Part shown: positions 1-12,137 of the stretch, piece after piece
Layout of the letters: each line of letters opens with the position of its first letter
How positions within the stretch are numbered: position 1 is the first letter of the stretch
Translations under genes and position numbers: made by a program
Notes under the pieces: generated by a model
The model's database searches: none
The model's input: only the letters and a program-made list of their open reading frames with translations
Told to the model about the DNA's origin: nothing
Assembly (NCBI RefSeq): GCF_009834535.1
Contig: NC_045697.1
Coordinates: 19,842,001-19,906,000, forward strand
Length of the DNA: 64,000 nucleotides
Reading direction: 5' to 3'
Source: Camelus ferus
Taxonomy: Eukaryota

Positions 1-479
1 CACCTATCATGAATTGTCTTGGCAGTTCATGTTTATTGATACCTCCATTACCTACGAGATCCTTATTAATAAAAAAACAACAAGCTTGGATTGTTTTTGT
101 GTAGTTATGTTTGATGAGGAAGGGAATAGATAGTGATGGCAAAAATAAGGCATTTTGGTCAATTCTTAGTAAATACTATATACTGTATAGTGTGTATTTA
201 TATATACACCATATATATATACTATGTGCATATACTACATATATATGTATAATATATATACACACATACTGTACATATGTTTGTGTAAACACTCACTCAC
301 ATTCACACATAATGCCGTAATGCTGCATTCTAGAGTATTCTGGTTAATGGAGCTATGAATTTTATCTTGATTACAGTCAGTCGGTTAGAAACTGTGGATA
401 ATCTTACAAGGGTTCAACCAATGGGCTGGTACAAGCAATAACATGTTATATTGAAAATAGTACCAGCCTGGTATGTAGA

Positions 480-655
480 TGAACCAAATTCTGATCACGA
501 CCTTGGAAACTAAAGTCTGTGTGACCAGAGTCAGGCAAATAGCTTCACTTCTCTGTGTCTCAGTTTTCTTATTCATAAATTAAGGATCTTGGAAATGCAT
601 GATTCAAAAGAGATTTTTTTCTTCAGGTCCTTTTCAACTTACATTGTCTAAAATG
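480..655 (+). mobile_element. MIR-family SINE (MIR3-like)
   Basis: MIR core ctgtgtgacc..ggcaaatagcttcacttctctgtgtctcagttttcttattcataaat, followed by an L3-type tail. Confidence 0.65.
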
Positions 656-789
656 TGCTTCAATAATTTTAAGAGTTTCAAAGCAAGGTGTAAAAGTAGT
701 AGTAAAGTTTTTTTCAGGTAAGATGTAAAATAATTCTTAGGGTGTAGGAGTGATGGAGTCTAAGGTTGACTTGAAAATTTAAAAAAAAA

Positions 790-1200
790 AGCAGTTTAAA
801 AAAAGCAGCAGAAATTTCAACAGATGACATTAACATGGGAGGAAGAGTAAATAATAAAGAAAAATACAGCAAGCTACACGAGGACTTAGATCATTTAAGT
901 GCTAAAAGATGAAAGCTAGTTCAAAATAGCTCTAAATCAGAACAGTGACACATCTCTGCAAAAAGGAATATCAAATAATTGCACATCATTAAGTCTAAGA
1001 TATCAAAAAGTAAAAGTATAAAGGTAATTTTGTGTACATTATTAAATGTGAGTGATTCATAATAAGTAATATGATTTTTAAAAAGCCGAATATTAAAAAG
1101 AAAGAGCAACTATAATTAAGAAGGGCAGACAGAGTCTAAAGATTAGTTTAACATTGATAATCTCAACAATAGGAAAAAATACGAAGAAACTAGGAGAAAG
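790..1200 (+). mobile_element. CR1/L3 LINE relic, reverse-transcriptase C-terminal part
   Basis: 820-900 translates as TDDINMGGRVNNKEKYSKLHEDLDHLS, matching the CR1 ORF2 motif (F)ADDTKLGG..N..E....LQ.DLD.L. Downstream sequence is decayed and boundaries are approximate. Confidence 0.7.
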
Positions 1201-2229
1201 AACATCAGGGGTGCTACTACTAATTAAACCAGAAATGATTTTTATTAGAAATTATTTTTAAGAAGTAGAAGAAAACTGTCTATTTGCCAACATTTATGAA
1301 CCTTTCTGAAAAGTATTGTCCATGTTCTTATTTAATCTCAGACCACCTGAGAAGGTGACTATAGCAAGATAGCCCTGTCCCTCCTCTATTCTGAAGCTAG
1401 ATTCATATATTTATTGATCTTTCACTAGTGTGGATTATCAGAGATTGATTGCTGGCAGTTAATCATTTGGAGGCTATGCCTTGATCAGGTCAACCTTCGC
1501 TCGTGCCATCTGGCACCCCAGATCCTCCCTAGGAGAATTCTCTAAAGAATGTCAAGAGAGTGCGGGGAAGAGATCCTACCACAGTTGATACCCCCTTGCT
1601 CAAGCTGCCCTACAATTTATTCTCTTTCCTATTAATATTGCTCTTGATAGTAATTTAATCTTATAAATAAGCATGTGTGTTTTACTGTGTACATATGTGT
1701 ATGTTTGGGGAACTGAAATAAAAATTGAAAGTAGGTGTATTTTCCCTGAGAACATTCATACCTTCTTATTACATGGAAGCTGGGGATTGTCTCCTTCTTA
1801 AATCACTCCAGAATTTTGAACCAGGGGACAAATTAGTCATGAGGAGCGGGTAGAGAGAGATCAGTGTATGGATTTCATTAAGAATAAAACTAATTACAGA
1901 CTGAGACTTGGATCAGTGGGCAAATGCGCTTCCTAATCACCGCTCCCCGCCCCCTCTTCTCTCTGACTATCTTCGACAGAACTGCATCCTGCAAAGTCAC
2001 TGGGAAAGTCAGAGAGCCTGAGCCACGTGAGTTCTTCCCTTTGCCCAACCTGACAAACGAAGAAGAGTTGTGGGTTATAAGAGGCTGGACCAGTTCTTCC
2101 CAGTCCACTCTGCTGGCAATAGAATAGGAGTTTCTTCCCATCTGTGAGGAGCACGACGTAACTTCCCACCCCTACTCCCCCAAATTTAGGAGTAGCCCAT
2201 CTCAGGACCCAAGACAACATAGTAATGAC

Positions 2230-4400
2230 ATGATTTGAGTGGCTCTGACTCCACTTCTTTGACATTCTTATTTCCTTTTTTTCTCCCCAGTCATTTACTT
2301 TAACCTTTCTGTTACCTGTCAAGCATGACTCTTGTAAGGAACATTTTTTAAAAATCATGTCTGACACTCTTTTCACTTAATGATAATAGTCCATTTACTT
2401 TCAACATAATCACTGATACATTGGGTTTTGATCTACCATCTTCCTTTTTGATTTGATTTGTCTCCAGAGTATTATGTCCCTTCTTCTCATCTTTGCCTCA
2501 TCTTGTTTTGGATTAAGTAATGGAGATTTTCTTTGTTGTTGTTATTTGATTATTCATCTTAGTCAGCTTGTTAGTCATACATTATTTAACTGTTGTTTTT
2601 AGGGGTTAGGTTAAAGATTGCAACATGTATCCTTGGCATATGTTATTCTAATATAAAATAGTACATTTACCACTTTGTAGAAAATTGTAGGAACTTTTAA
2701 TATTTATCTCTATTTGCACCTCTCCTGCCTTTTATTTACTGTAGTCATGATTTTAATCTCATACATATTTTATTTCCTTTTTAGAGACAGTATTATCATT
2801 TTTATAGTCAATGTTCATTTAAATTTATTCACATATTAAACTTTTTTTTCTTTCTTTTTTTTCCCTACATTTTCATGTTTCTACCTAGAATCATTTTCCT
2901 TCTGCCTGAAGAGATCTTTAAGTCATTCTGTTTGGGTAGGTGTGATGGTGACAAATTATATAAAATTTTTATTCATCTAGAATCACCTTTATTTTGTCAT
3001 CATTTTTATATACAGTTTGTTTTCCCTAGAAAGGGTTCTAACTTGGCAATTTTTTTCCCCAGTACTTTAAAAATATCATGCAGTTGTTTTCTGGATTTCA
3101 TTGCTTCTGTTGAGAAATCAGATCCTTGTTTTTTAAAAATATACAAGGACATGTATCCACTATTATAGTAATGGTGGAATAGTTTCACTGCCCTACACAT
3201 CCTTTGTGCTGTACCTGGTCAGCCCTCCCTCTGCCCTAGCTCCTGGTAACCACTGATGTTTTCACTATCTCCATAGTTTTACCTTTTGTGAGGATCCTTT
3301 TGTGAGGATCATATAGTGTGTAGCCTTTTCAAACTGGCTTCTTTCACTTAGAAATAGGTATTTGAATTTCCTCCGTGTCTTTTTATGGCTTGATAGCTCA
3401 CTTATTTTCAGTCCTGAGTAATATTCTGTTGTCGGGATGTACCACAATTCATTTATTCATTCACTCACTGAAGGATAGCCTGGTTGCTTCCAAGTGTTGG
3501 CACTTATGAGTAAATCTTTCTGTAAACATCTGTGTGTTGGTTTTCGCATGGACATAAGTTTTCAGATAATTTAGGTAAATAACGTAGCAAAAGTCTCTTC
3601 TTAACGAAGTTTGTTTCTGTGTGTGTGTGGGGGGGGTGCGTGTGTGTTTAACTTAGTCATGGATTGTCAGCAATTTTGCAACACAACAAAACAAAAAAAA
3701 ACCCCAAAACAAACCTTTTTGTGGTTTGCTGTACTTCTTGAATCCTTAGTTTATGAGTTTTGGGAAATTTTCATCTATTACTTCTTTCCTACTCAATCTC
3801 AACATTCCTTCCTGGGACTCAACTTAAATGTGGTTTAGGCCTTTTTCCTTTGTCCCAAATGTTTGTTACATTTTCCACCTCCTTCTCGCTCCAGCCCTTA
3901 TCCTGCTTATTTTCTGCTGACCTATTTGCTAGCTTATTAATGTTTTCTTCCACTGTGTTAAATCCGCAGCTAACCCTACCTATTGAATTATTTTCAATTA
4001 CATACTTGTATTTTCCTTTTAAAGAAAGATTACAGTTAGTTGGACTTCTGTCTTGTCATTTATTCTCTTGTTCATATTTATTACTTTTTTTTTTTAAAGA
4101 ACTGTGTTTTCTAAACCCAATACCTGGGTCACTTGCAGCTTGGCTTGTTTTAAATTTTTCATTCTTCTCTGGGTGATGTGAATGACAGATTTTATTTGAC
4201 TAACGTGGTGTATTAAAAAAAACACCTAGCCTCTACATTTATGATATCTCTCAAGGGAGAGTTTATTTTTCTCTTTAATTGACAGATTGAGTAGATGGAA
4301 AGCACCTTAATCTGATAAGAGACTGAGCTGACTTGTGAGTTAGGTTACATTGTTTATAACACTTGATCTATTTCTGCTTCCTCTAATCCATGCTGTCTTT
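2230..4400 (-). mobile_element. Old L1M (ORF1/inter-ORF region), antisense, with an L1MC/MD-type 3' UTR fragment nested at ~3140-3585
   Basis: T-rich antisense L1 motifs (ccatttactttcaacataatcactgata; cattgcttctgttgagaaatcag). The nested piece ggtaaccactgat...ctggcttctttcacttag...ggttgcttccaagt is the antisense L1 3' end. Confidence 0.7.
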
Positions 4401-4639
4401 GGCTGTCTATCTTCAAATCAAAAGAAATCATAAAATTATGGAATGTTGTATACGGGAAGTACTTTAGAATCATTAGCCAAGTGCTTTCATTTTTACGGTA
4501 GAACAGATGCTGAAGGAATGTGTATTCGTTGGCAAGATTTTACACGGATACTAAGTAGAAATTCCAAATACCTCATACATCAGTGCGCTTTTCTTACATC
4601 TGCTGAAGTGGTCAGTTGTGCTCTCCTGGTGCACTAGTT

Positions 4640-4990
4640 GGGATCTTGTAATCTAATTCAGAAATCAATCCCTCTTAACTTGAGCTGATACCGAATTTAC
4701 TAGACTTTTTATATTGAGCTCATAAAATTACTGGAAGTTGGAGAGAAAGGCTCAGAAAATGCTCAGGCTCTAAGCTGGGCACAGCAAGTGTGGACCACGT
4801 CATCTGCAGGAGCAGTCTGCTCAGGGTGCCTCCAGCAGTGGTCCTCCTGGCTCCTGCAGATGCTGACACACTGAACAAACTCAGAAGTCTTCGTTTGTCT
4901 TTGTCTCGCTCCCTCACAGTTCAGGGTTTTGGGCAAAAGCACGTTATTGGCCAAGCTTTGGTTACTTGATGTTTCCATGGAAGTCCACGG
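4640..4990 (-). mobile_element. MaLR LTR fragment (MLT1K/L-like)
   Basis: Resembles the antisense MLT1K/L layout, ending ...ttattggccaagctttggttac. Highly decayed. Confidence 0.45.
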
Positions 4991-5920
4991 TGCAAGTAGA
5001 GAATTGTAAGGTCACATTAACATATATATTTGTATACCTGAGTCATGACTTCGGTGTGCTGTAGAGAGATCTTTCAGGGAAGAGACTTGGGTTTTCATCT
5101 AGAATGCGAAGCTTTAGAACGTTTAGACGATTATTAGGACTTCTGTCTTTCTTTTCTTATCTGTAAAATAGGGATAATAATCCTTGCCTTTTCCTAACTC
5201 ACAGAGATATTAACAAAGATCTTCGAAGTCATACAAGGTAAGTGGCATATATGAATACAATTTTTGATATGTTACCACAAGATGATAGCCATCTTACTAA
5301 AATGAATAAAAACATCATACATTTCCTTTTTCTTTTTTCCTATAGCTGTCTTACATGTAAATCAATAGTGAACTCTTTGGAAAAATCAACAAAGCTTTCA
5401 TGAAAATTGGAGTAATAGGTTTAAGCAACCATAAGTTGAATTTTAAATATTTTCAATACAGGCAAAAACCATAATGTATGGTTAAACGGAACATTATTTG
5501 TAGTAAATGAGGTCCATATTTTTAGTTTCATTTGAAGCCCAGTGTCCAGAATCATTTTCATTATTAAAGAGGCAGTATATCAATTTCTGGATTTCATTTG
5601 TCTCTATCAGTTACTAGTAAGAAATTTTAGTTTCTAGGCCATCACTCTTAAATCCTCTGTACATTGTCCATTATAAATATGTCCATGTGACCAATCATAC
5701 AGCAGAATAGGTCTCTGTGGCAGTGGGACATATATGAGACTCTATCCTGTAGACAGCTTAAGCAAAGAGGTAAATAAGAAATTAAGTACTAGACTGAAGT
5801 CTTTTTTTTTTTCTCTCTCTCCATCGGGTGTTTGCTCTGTCAGGACTAAGACTCATCAGCATTGTGATCTAATAAAAATGCTGTACCATTACTATAAATT
5901 GCCTGATAGTTACTTTTCTG

Positions 5921-6058
5921 GTTTTTTTTTTTTTTTTGGTAGGGGGAGGGGAAGGTTATTAGGTTTATTTATTTTTTGATGTCTGTACTGGGAATTGAAC
6001 CCAGGACCTCAGGCATGCTAAGCATGTGCTCTACTACTGAGCTGTACCCTCCCACCAG
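5921..6058 (-). mobile_element. tRNA-derived camelid SINE (Vic-1 type)
   Basis: Antisense tRNA-like head (gggaattgaacccaggacctc...ctctactactgagctgtaccctccc), poly-T tail, and perfect 14-bp TSD tagttacttttctg at 5907-5920 and 6059-6072. Confidence 0.92.
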
Positions 6059-6309
6059 TAGTTACTTTTCTGATTCTTAGATAGAAACCTGTCTAACAAA
6101 ACGTTCACATACAAAAACACTAACACACATATTTCTAGTCTGGCTCAAAGTTTTCTTTTGTATTTCATCAACCTATTAATTACCATTGGGATGATAATAT
6201 AAGTAAATCTATCTCCTAAAAACATATTAGTATAATGAAACAGGTGATTTTAGATGAACATTTTTAAAGTCAGCAATTCCAAAAGTAGTAGACAAGTGAC
6301 TTCTTAGGC

Positions 6310-6410
6310 TTCATAATTATGTGAGCCAATACTTTACATACATCTCTGTGTATACATCCTTAGATTCTATCCATGGCTTCTGTTTCTCTGGAGGACCTTG
6401 ACTCATGCAC
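6310..6410 (+). mobile_element. MLT2 (ERVL) LTR 3' end fragment
   Basis: cataattatgtgagccaat...ttctgtttctctggaggaccttgactcatgca resembles the MLT2 terminus. Confidence 0.6.
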
Positions 6411-6986
6411 ATGTGGTCTGTAGTTGCAGTAGGAAGTCATGAATGATATACACGCAAATAGCTAAATTTTCTCCTTTTAGCTGTGTCTTCTAATATTATG
6501 TTGCAGAAAAGAAAACAGAAATAATTTAATGATAATTTACTTTCATAGACAATGAAAGTTTAAAAAGTTTTCCAGTGTAAAAAAAATTTCCAGAACAAAA
6601 TGAAAGCTGTCACCTCAAAATTATCCTAACATGATAAACAAATAATTAGTGACTTTTCTTTTTGTATAATGAGTCATTAAAGTGACAGAAGGATAGCGAT
6701 ATAATAAAATCCGTATTAACAATCCTTGTTTAATATTTGACATTATGCTAGCATACTAATGAATGTACTTTTGTTTACTTAAATATTAAAAAAAATCTAC
6801 TGCATTTCCTGAACAACATGGATAAAATCATTGATATATTTTGTTATAATCAAACATTGGCAATGTCTTGATTTTATTTAAAAAAAAAAGAATATGAAAC
6901 AGAACTATTGGAAAACCTGGTTGAAAATGAAAGCGTGTTTTTGGGAGGGTGGAGGCTGCTTTATTTATTTATTTTTACTTGCATTC

Positions 6987-7765
6987 TTTTTTATTGAAGT
7001 ATTGTCGGTTTACAACGTTGTGTCCATTTCTGGTGTACAGCGTAATGTTTGTCATACATGTACATATGTATATTCATTTTCATATTCTTTTTTATTATAG
7101 GTTACTACCAGGTATTGAATATAGTTTTCTGTGCTATTCAGTATAAATTTATTGTTTACCTATTTTATACATAGTAGTTAGTATCTGAAAATCTCAAACT
7201 CACAATTTATCCCTTCCCTTCCTCTTTCCCCTCTGGTAACCATAAGTTTGCTTTCTATGTCTGTGAGCCTGTTTCTATTTTGTAAATATGTTCATTTGTG
7301 TCTTATTTAGATTCCATATATAAGTGATATCATATGGTATTTTTTTTTCTCTTCCTGGCTTACTTCACTTAGAATGATCATCTCCAGGTCCATGAATGTT
7401 GCTGCAAGTGGCATTATTTTAGTCTTTTTAATGGCTGAGTAGTATTCCATATATACCACATCTTCTTTATCCAGTCATCTGTCGATGGATGTTTAGGTTG
7501 TTTCCATGTCTTGACTATTGTAAATAGTGCTGCTGTGAACATTGGGGGTGCATGTGTCTTTTTGAATTGTATTTTTTTCCAGAAATATGTCCAGGAGTGG
7601 GATTTCTGGATCATATGGGAAGTCTATTTTTAGTTCTTTAAGGAACCTCTATACTGTCCTCCGTAGTGGCTGTACCAGTTTACATTCCCACCACCAGTGT
7701 AGGAGGGTTCCTTTTTCTCTACATCCTCTCCAGCATTTAATGTTTGTGGAATTTTGAATGATGGC
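6987..7765 (-). mobile_element. Young 5'-truncated L1 (camelid/cetartiodactyl 3' UTR plus ORF2 C-terminus)
   Basis: Poly-T followed by the antisense L1 3' UTR. ORFs 7414-7614 (PMFTAALFTIVKTWKQPKHPSTDDWIKKMWYI) and 7630-7812 ([22 protein letters not shown]) are L1 ORF2 C-terminus. Confidence 0.93.
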
Positions 7766-8029
7766 GGTAAAACCTGGATGCAGTTGCTATTGTGACTCTT
7801 TGGCTCTTTCAATAATTTTGGGTTGAAAGTTCAAAGGTCAGGGTTTCAAAACCAAGTCAGAGAAGATTTGTGAAGGAGTTAATCTTCAAATTTCACTCTT
7901 AAAAAAAACCACACAAATAGGCAAATGTGTAAAAGTGGAGTTTTAAATTTTGAAAAGTGTGTGAGGGCAGAGGCACTGACTAAAAGACAAATAACCTCAT
8001 GTGCACAAAAACCAGAAGATGCTTAGTGC

Positions 8030-8690
8030 TAATGTTGATAAAATGGGAAGGGTTGAGGGGTGAAATGGACTGTTAGTGCTGGTTTATGAAGCTGGGTGTG
8101 CCCTCTTTGGAAGATTTGGGTTTAGCTCAAGGACAGTGATAAGCTCAAAGGAATTTTATGTGAAAAAAAGGGACAGTTGAATTTGAATATTTATTGTTCT
8201 CTTGCTATTTTAGAGAGGATGAATTCAAAGATGATGAGATTAGAATTAGGGGGATGAATTAGAAGGATTTTGAAGTTATCAAGTGGAGAAATGATTGGGG
8301 TCTAAGCTAAAGCAATGAGCGTAGAAATGGAAAGAAGGAAATGAATTTGAGAAATAGAAAGTCAGATCAGCAGAAGTGGGTGCCTGTGTTGGGATGGGTG
8401 TGCAGCCTTGGAGGGAAAGTTCTGTGATAACTCCCAGTTTCATACTTGGATTTTGAGAGTAGTGCCTTCAAAACAGACAGGAAGTACAGTGAGGAAAATG
8501 AGCTGGTGGGGCCTATAATCCACTAATGAGAATTGTTTCACAGGTGTTTAGATGTAGCGACCTGAAGCTAGAGGAATCATCTAAGCAGAGATTTGGGAGT
8601 CATTGCATACAGATAGTCATTAAAACCAAGAGAGCAGATAAAAGAACTCACGGGCAATTTGGGATAATGAAACTGAGAAGCTCCTTCTTT
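8030..8690 (-). mobile_element. L2 LINE fragment
   Basis: Purine-rich antisense L2 motifs (agaaatgattggggtctaagctaaagc; agagatttgggagtcattgcatacagatagtcattaaaacc). Confidence 0.7.
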
Positions 8691-8789
8691 CCAGTGATGA
8701 TGGCATCAAAGTAACTTGAATGCCTAAGAATTCAGTACATCTGAACCTGTCTCTCTCCCTTCACACACCCAAAATGAATGAGGCCTTAA

Positions 8790-9857
8790 ACCTGGTGCAC
8801 TGTCCGAGGGTACCTTGGTCAACAACTACTTTAGAATCACTTAGTTGATAGTGGTAACATCTTTATCCTGCCTAGACATAATTCAAATCCTCTGAAGGCA
8901 GAACCCAGAAACACACATTTTCATATTCTCCAGATCATTCCATTCATTTCAAGCCTAAGAAAGAACTACTTCAGTCAGTGCTTTCAAAATAAGAATGAGA
9001 ACACAAATCACCTGGGCATCATGTTAAACAGTAGATTCAAATTCTTTCCATCAGGGATGAAGCCTGATGGTCCTGATTTTCTTTTTTAATTGAAGTACAG
9101 TCAGTTATAATGTGTCAGTTTCTGGTGTACAGCACAATGTCCCAGCCATGTATATACATATATATTCATTTTCATATTCTTTTTCATTAAAGGTTATTAC
9201 AAAGTATTAAATACAGTTCCTTGTGCTATACAGAAGAAACTTTTTTTAAAATCTATTTTTATATATAGTGGCTAACATTTGCAAATCTCAAACTCCCAAG
9301 TTTATTCCTTCCGATCCCCTTTCCCCCAGTAACCATAAGATTGTTTAGTATGTCTGTAAGTCTGTTTCTGTTTTGTAGATGAGTTCATTAGTGCCCTCTT
9401 TTTTTCTTTTTTTTTAAGATTCTACATGTAAGTGATATCATATGATATTTTTCTTTCTCTTTCTGGCTTACTTCACTTAGAATGACGATCTGTAGGTCCA
9501 TCCATTTTGCTGCAAATGGCATTATTTTATTCTTTTTTATGGCTGAGTAGTAATCCATGGTATAAATATACCACAACTTTATCCCATCATCTGTTGATGG
9601 AAATTTAGGTTGCTTCCATGTCTTGGCTATTGTATATAGTGCTGCCATGAAAATTGGGGTACATGTAGCTTTTTGAATTAGAGTTCCTTCCAGATATATG
9701 CCAGAAGTGAGATTGCTGGATCATATGTTAAGTCTAATTTTAGGTTTTTGAGGAGCTCTATACTATTTTCCATAATGGCTGCACTGAGAAGCCTATGATT
9801 TTTAATTGGCTTCTCAGTGTGCTGCAGCTTGTCCAGGCACACACTGAGAAGCAAGGC
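8790..9857. mobile_element. Two adjacent MER5-type hAT-Charlie MITEs, the second split by an L1
   Basis: MER5 motifs: agaatcac...cagaacccagaaacacacatttt...aagaactact; cagtgctttcaaa...aatcacctgggcatcatgttaaa; ends cacactgagaagcaagg at ~9857. Confidence 0.6.
9082..9783 (-). mobile_element. Young 5'-truncated camelid-type L1
   Basis: Antisense 3' UTR beginning ttttttaattgaagtacagtcagtt. ORF 9388-9648 ([49 protein letters not shown]) is the L1 ORF2 end. Closely similar to the copies at 6987 and 32733. Confidence 0.93.
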
Positions 9858-10354
9858 CTTGGAGCACATAATGCCCTCAGAGCTTACCAGATGTAAATAA
9901 CCACTGTATTTTATTTTATTGTTATTATTATTTTATTATTGATATAATTATCTAAAAGTGTATTATGATTTCTACTCCACTGATTTATTTTGGAATGCCA
10001 TTCTTATTCTTTCAGCCTGTTTCTAGCTTTGGAGCCACAATTTAAAGGAAAAATCTGATTAGAAATTGAATTGCTTGAGGAATGTAATCACTTTTACTTA
10101 CTTAATACTTTTTAAAAAGAACTCTTCAAAACTTGAAATATGCAATATGAGCACCCAGGAGGGGGAAATGATAGACTATCTTACAAATGTGTTTGATGAC
10201 AAGACCTTTCTGCCCAGAATGCTAATGAAAATCTCAAGGGAACACAGGTTAGGAACATTGCCTAAAGCCACACTAGAGTTGACTTGGAACTTTTTTGCAT
10301 GTCATTTTCAGTTTTCTGTAATATATCTGTGCTTAGGCTCTTGAAAAGCAAGCA

Positions 10355-10600
10355 TTTCACAGTGTTGTGGGTATGAGGGTGGGCCCAGGGGCAGGGCTGC
10401 CTGGTTTCGGGTCCTGACTCCACCTCGTGTCTGATGTGCTTTAGGGAGTTGCTAACCTCTTCTGAATTTTACTTTACTCACCTGTAAAAATGGCATAATA
10501 ATAGTTCCTACCCCAAAGCAAAGTAATAAAGCAAAACACTTAGCATGTTGCCTAGCATATAGTAAGCATTTAGTAACTTCTACGTTATAACTATTGTGAA
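10355..10600 (+). mobile_element. MIR SINE
   Basis: Near-complete MIR: ggctgcctggtttcgggtcctgactccacc...ctcacctgtaaaaatggcataataatagttcctacc...gcctagcatatagtaagcattt. Confidence 0.8.
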
Positions 10601-11956
10601 TTTTGTCCTTATTAATTGTTTTTTTACCTATGGAGTTCAAAGTTCTTATTTTAAGTTATATGTGTATATATATGTATGGTATATATATGTGTGTGTGTAT
10701 ATATATATGTACACATATATATAGTATAGTTGTTACTTAAGCATTATATTGGGGTTCTTATGATTAGAAAATAAATAAAAAACAGTGACACCTCTACCAG
10801 AACCCATTTTGAGTATTTAGTACTAGGATTTGACCCAACAGCCTCTTCATTCCATTCCAAGTTGTACTTTCAGCTCTAAGTACTTATATAGGTTCTCAAC
10901 TTTACTAATTCTGTTTTTTACTTCTCTACATTCACTTGCTCTTGTTTGGTTATTGCTTGTAGTTACTTTTTTAAAATTTAACTTAAAGTGTATATCCTTT
11001 CAGTTAACTTGTAAACACCATGAGTCTGGGAATAATACCGCCTTATACTTCGGTATTTACTCAAAGTGATTAACAAAGGTAAATGATTAAGTACTTTTCC
11101 AAATAATGAAATAAACTTTACAACAAAAATTTCTTTGAATTTACCTGTAAAAGATGTTTTCAGATTTTTAGTAACTCTATATTTTCTGGTTTTTACTATG
11201 TCAAATACAAAAAGTATGTGAATTACTGATTAAATTTGAATCTGCGCTTAACCATTGTACTATAACAGGGAGAACCATAAGAATAAGTTGCAGTGACTTA
11301 TGATATGGCTTAGATTAGGGTTTCAGAAATGAAGATGGGTAACATTTGGGTTTTATGTCCTTAGGTTTTTTTTTTTTTCCTGATATATTTGAAATGAGAT
11401 AAGGAAAAGATGAAATCCAGGATTTTTCTAGGTGTTTTACTTGACTAACTCAGTAGGCTCTTGTACCTCTTACTGAGATGGAAATGACTGGAGAAGAAGC
11501 ATTTTTGGATAGGTTCTGGAAATTACATGGTACACTTGGGGCCACACAGTGAAATGGGGGAGAGGGCGAGGGGGAAGAGGGGAGGGTGAGAGAACCCAAA
11601 GGAGAGTGTTAGGCCTGGGGTTCTGCACTTATTAAGGTTGAAGGTAGATGCCTGGGGGCTCCCAGACTCACTCTTTATTGGTGAATTTAAAACATAAGAG
11701 GGGAATATAAAGCATGGGAGGAGAAAATAAAAACAAAAACAAGCCATCCAATGGAAACCAACCAAGATCTGTAAAATAAAGGAGCCTGGTGGGGGAGGCA
11801 GCCTGGCTCTTTATCTCGAGCTGTGGCTGGCAGTGTGTTTATTGGAGATCTCATCCTTGAGGTGGATGCCTCAGCCGTCAGAATCGGGCACCTGCCTTAC
11901 AAAAATGAAAAACCAACTGCACCAAACTTGCACTGAGCACTGTGGATGGCATTTAG

Positions 11957-12137
11957 GGCGGTTACCAGGTAGAGTGTGGGATGACAAGTTTAAATTTGAA
12001 TTCTAAATAAGCAGGTTTTTTTGGAATAATTATTGAGCGTACTTCCTCTTAAAGAAGTATTTATTGTCTATTATTTATTTATTGAGTATATGTCATACTT
12101 ATTTCTCTGTTTTTATTTGCTAAATCTGGCAACCTTA
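11957..12137 (+). mobile_element. MER53-like hAT MITE
   Basis: Termini ggttaccag...ctggcaacc are inverted repeats. Internal ttaaatttgaatt and the terminal ttttatttgctaaatctggcaacctta match MER53. Confidence 0.75.

Noticed and set aside
1933..2376. Longest ORFs in the track (147 aa here; also 138 aa at 3760 and 141 aa at 38171)
   Set aside because: They overlap L1, MaLR or LTR-like relics, show no recognisable domain and have no exon structure.
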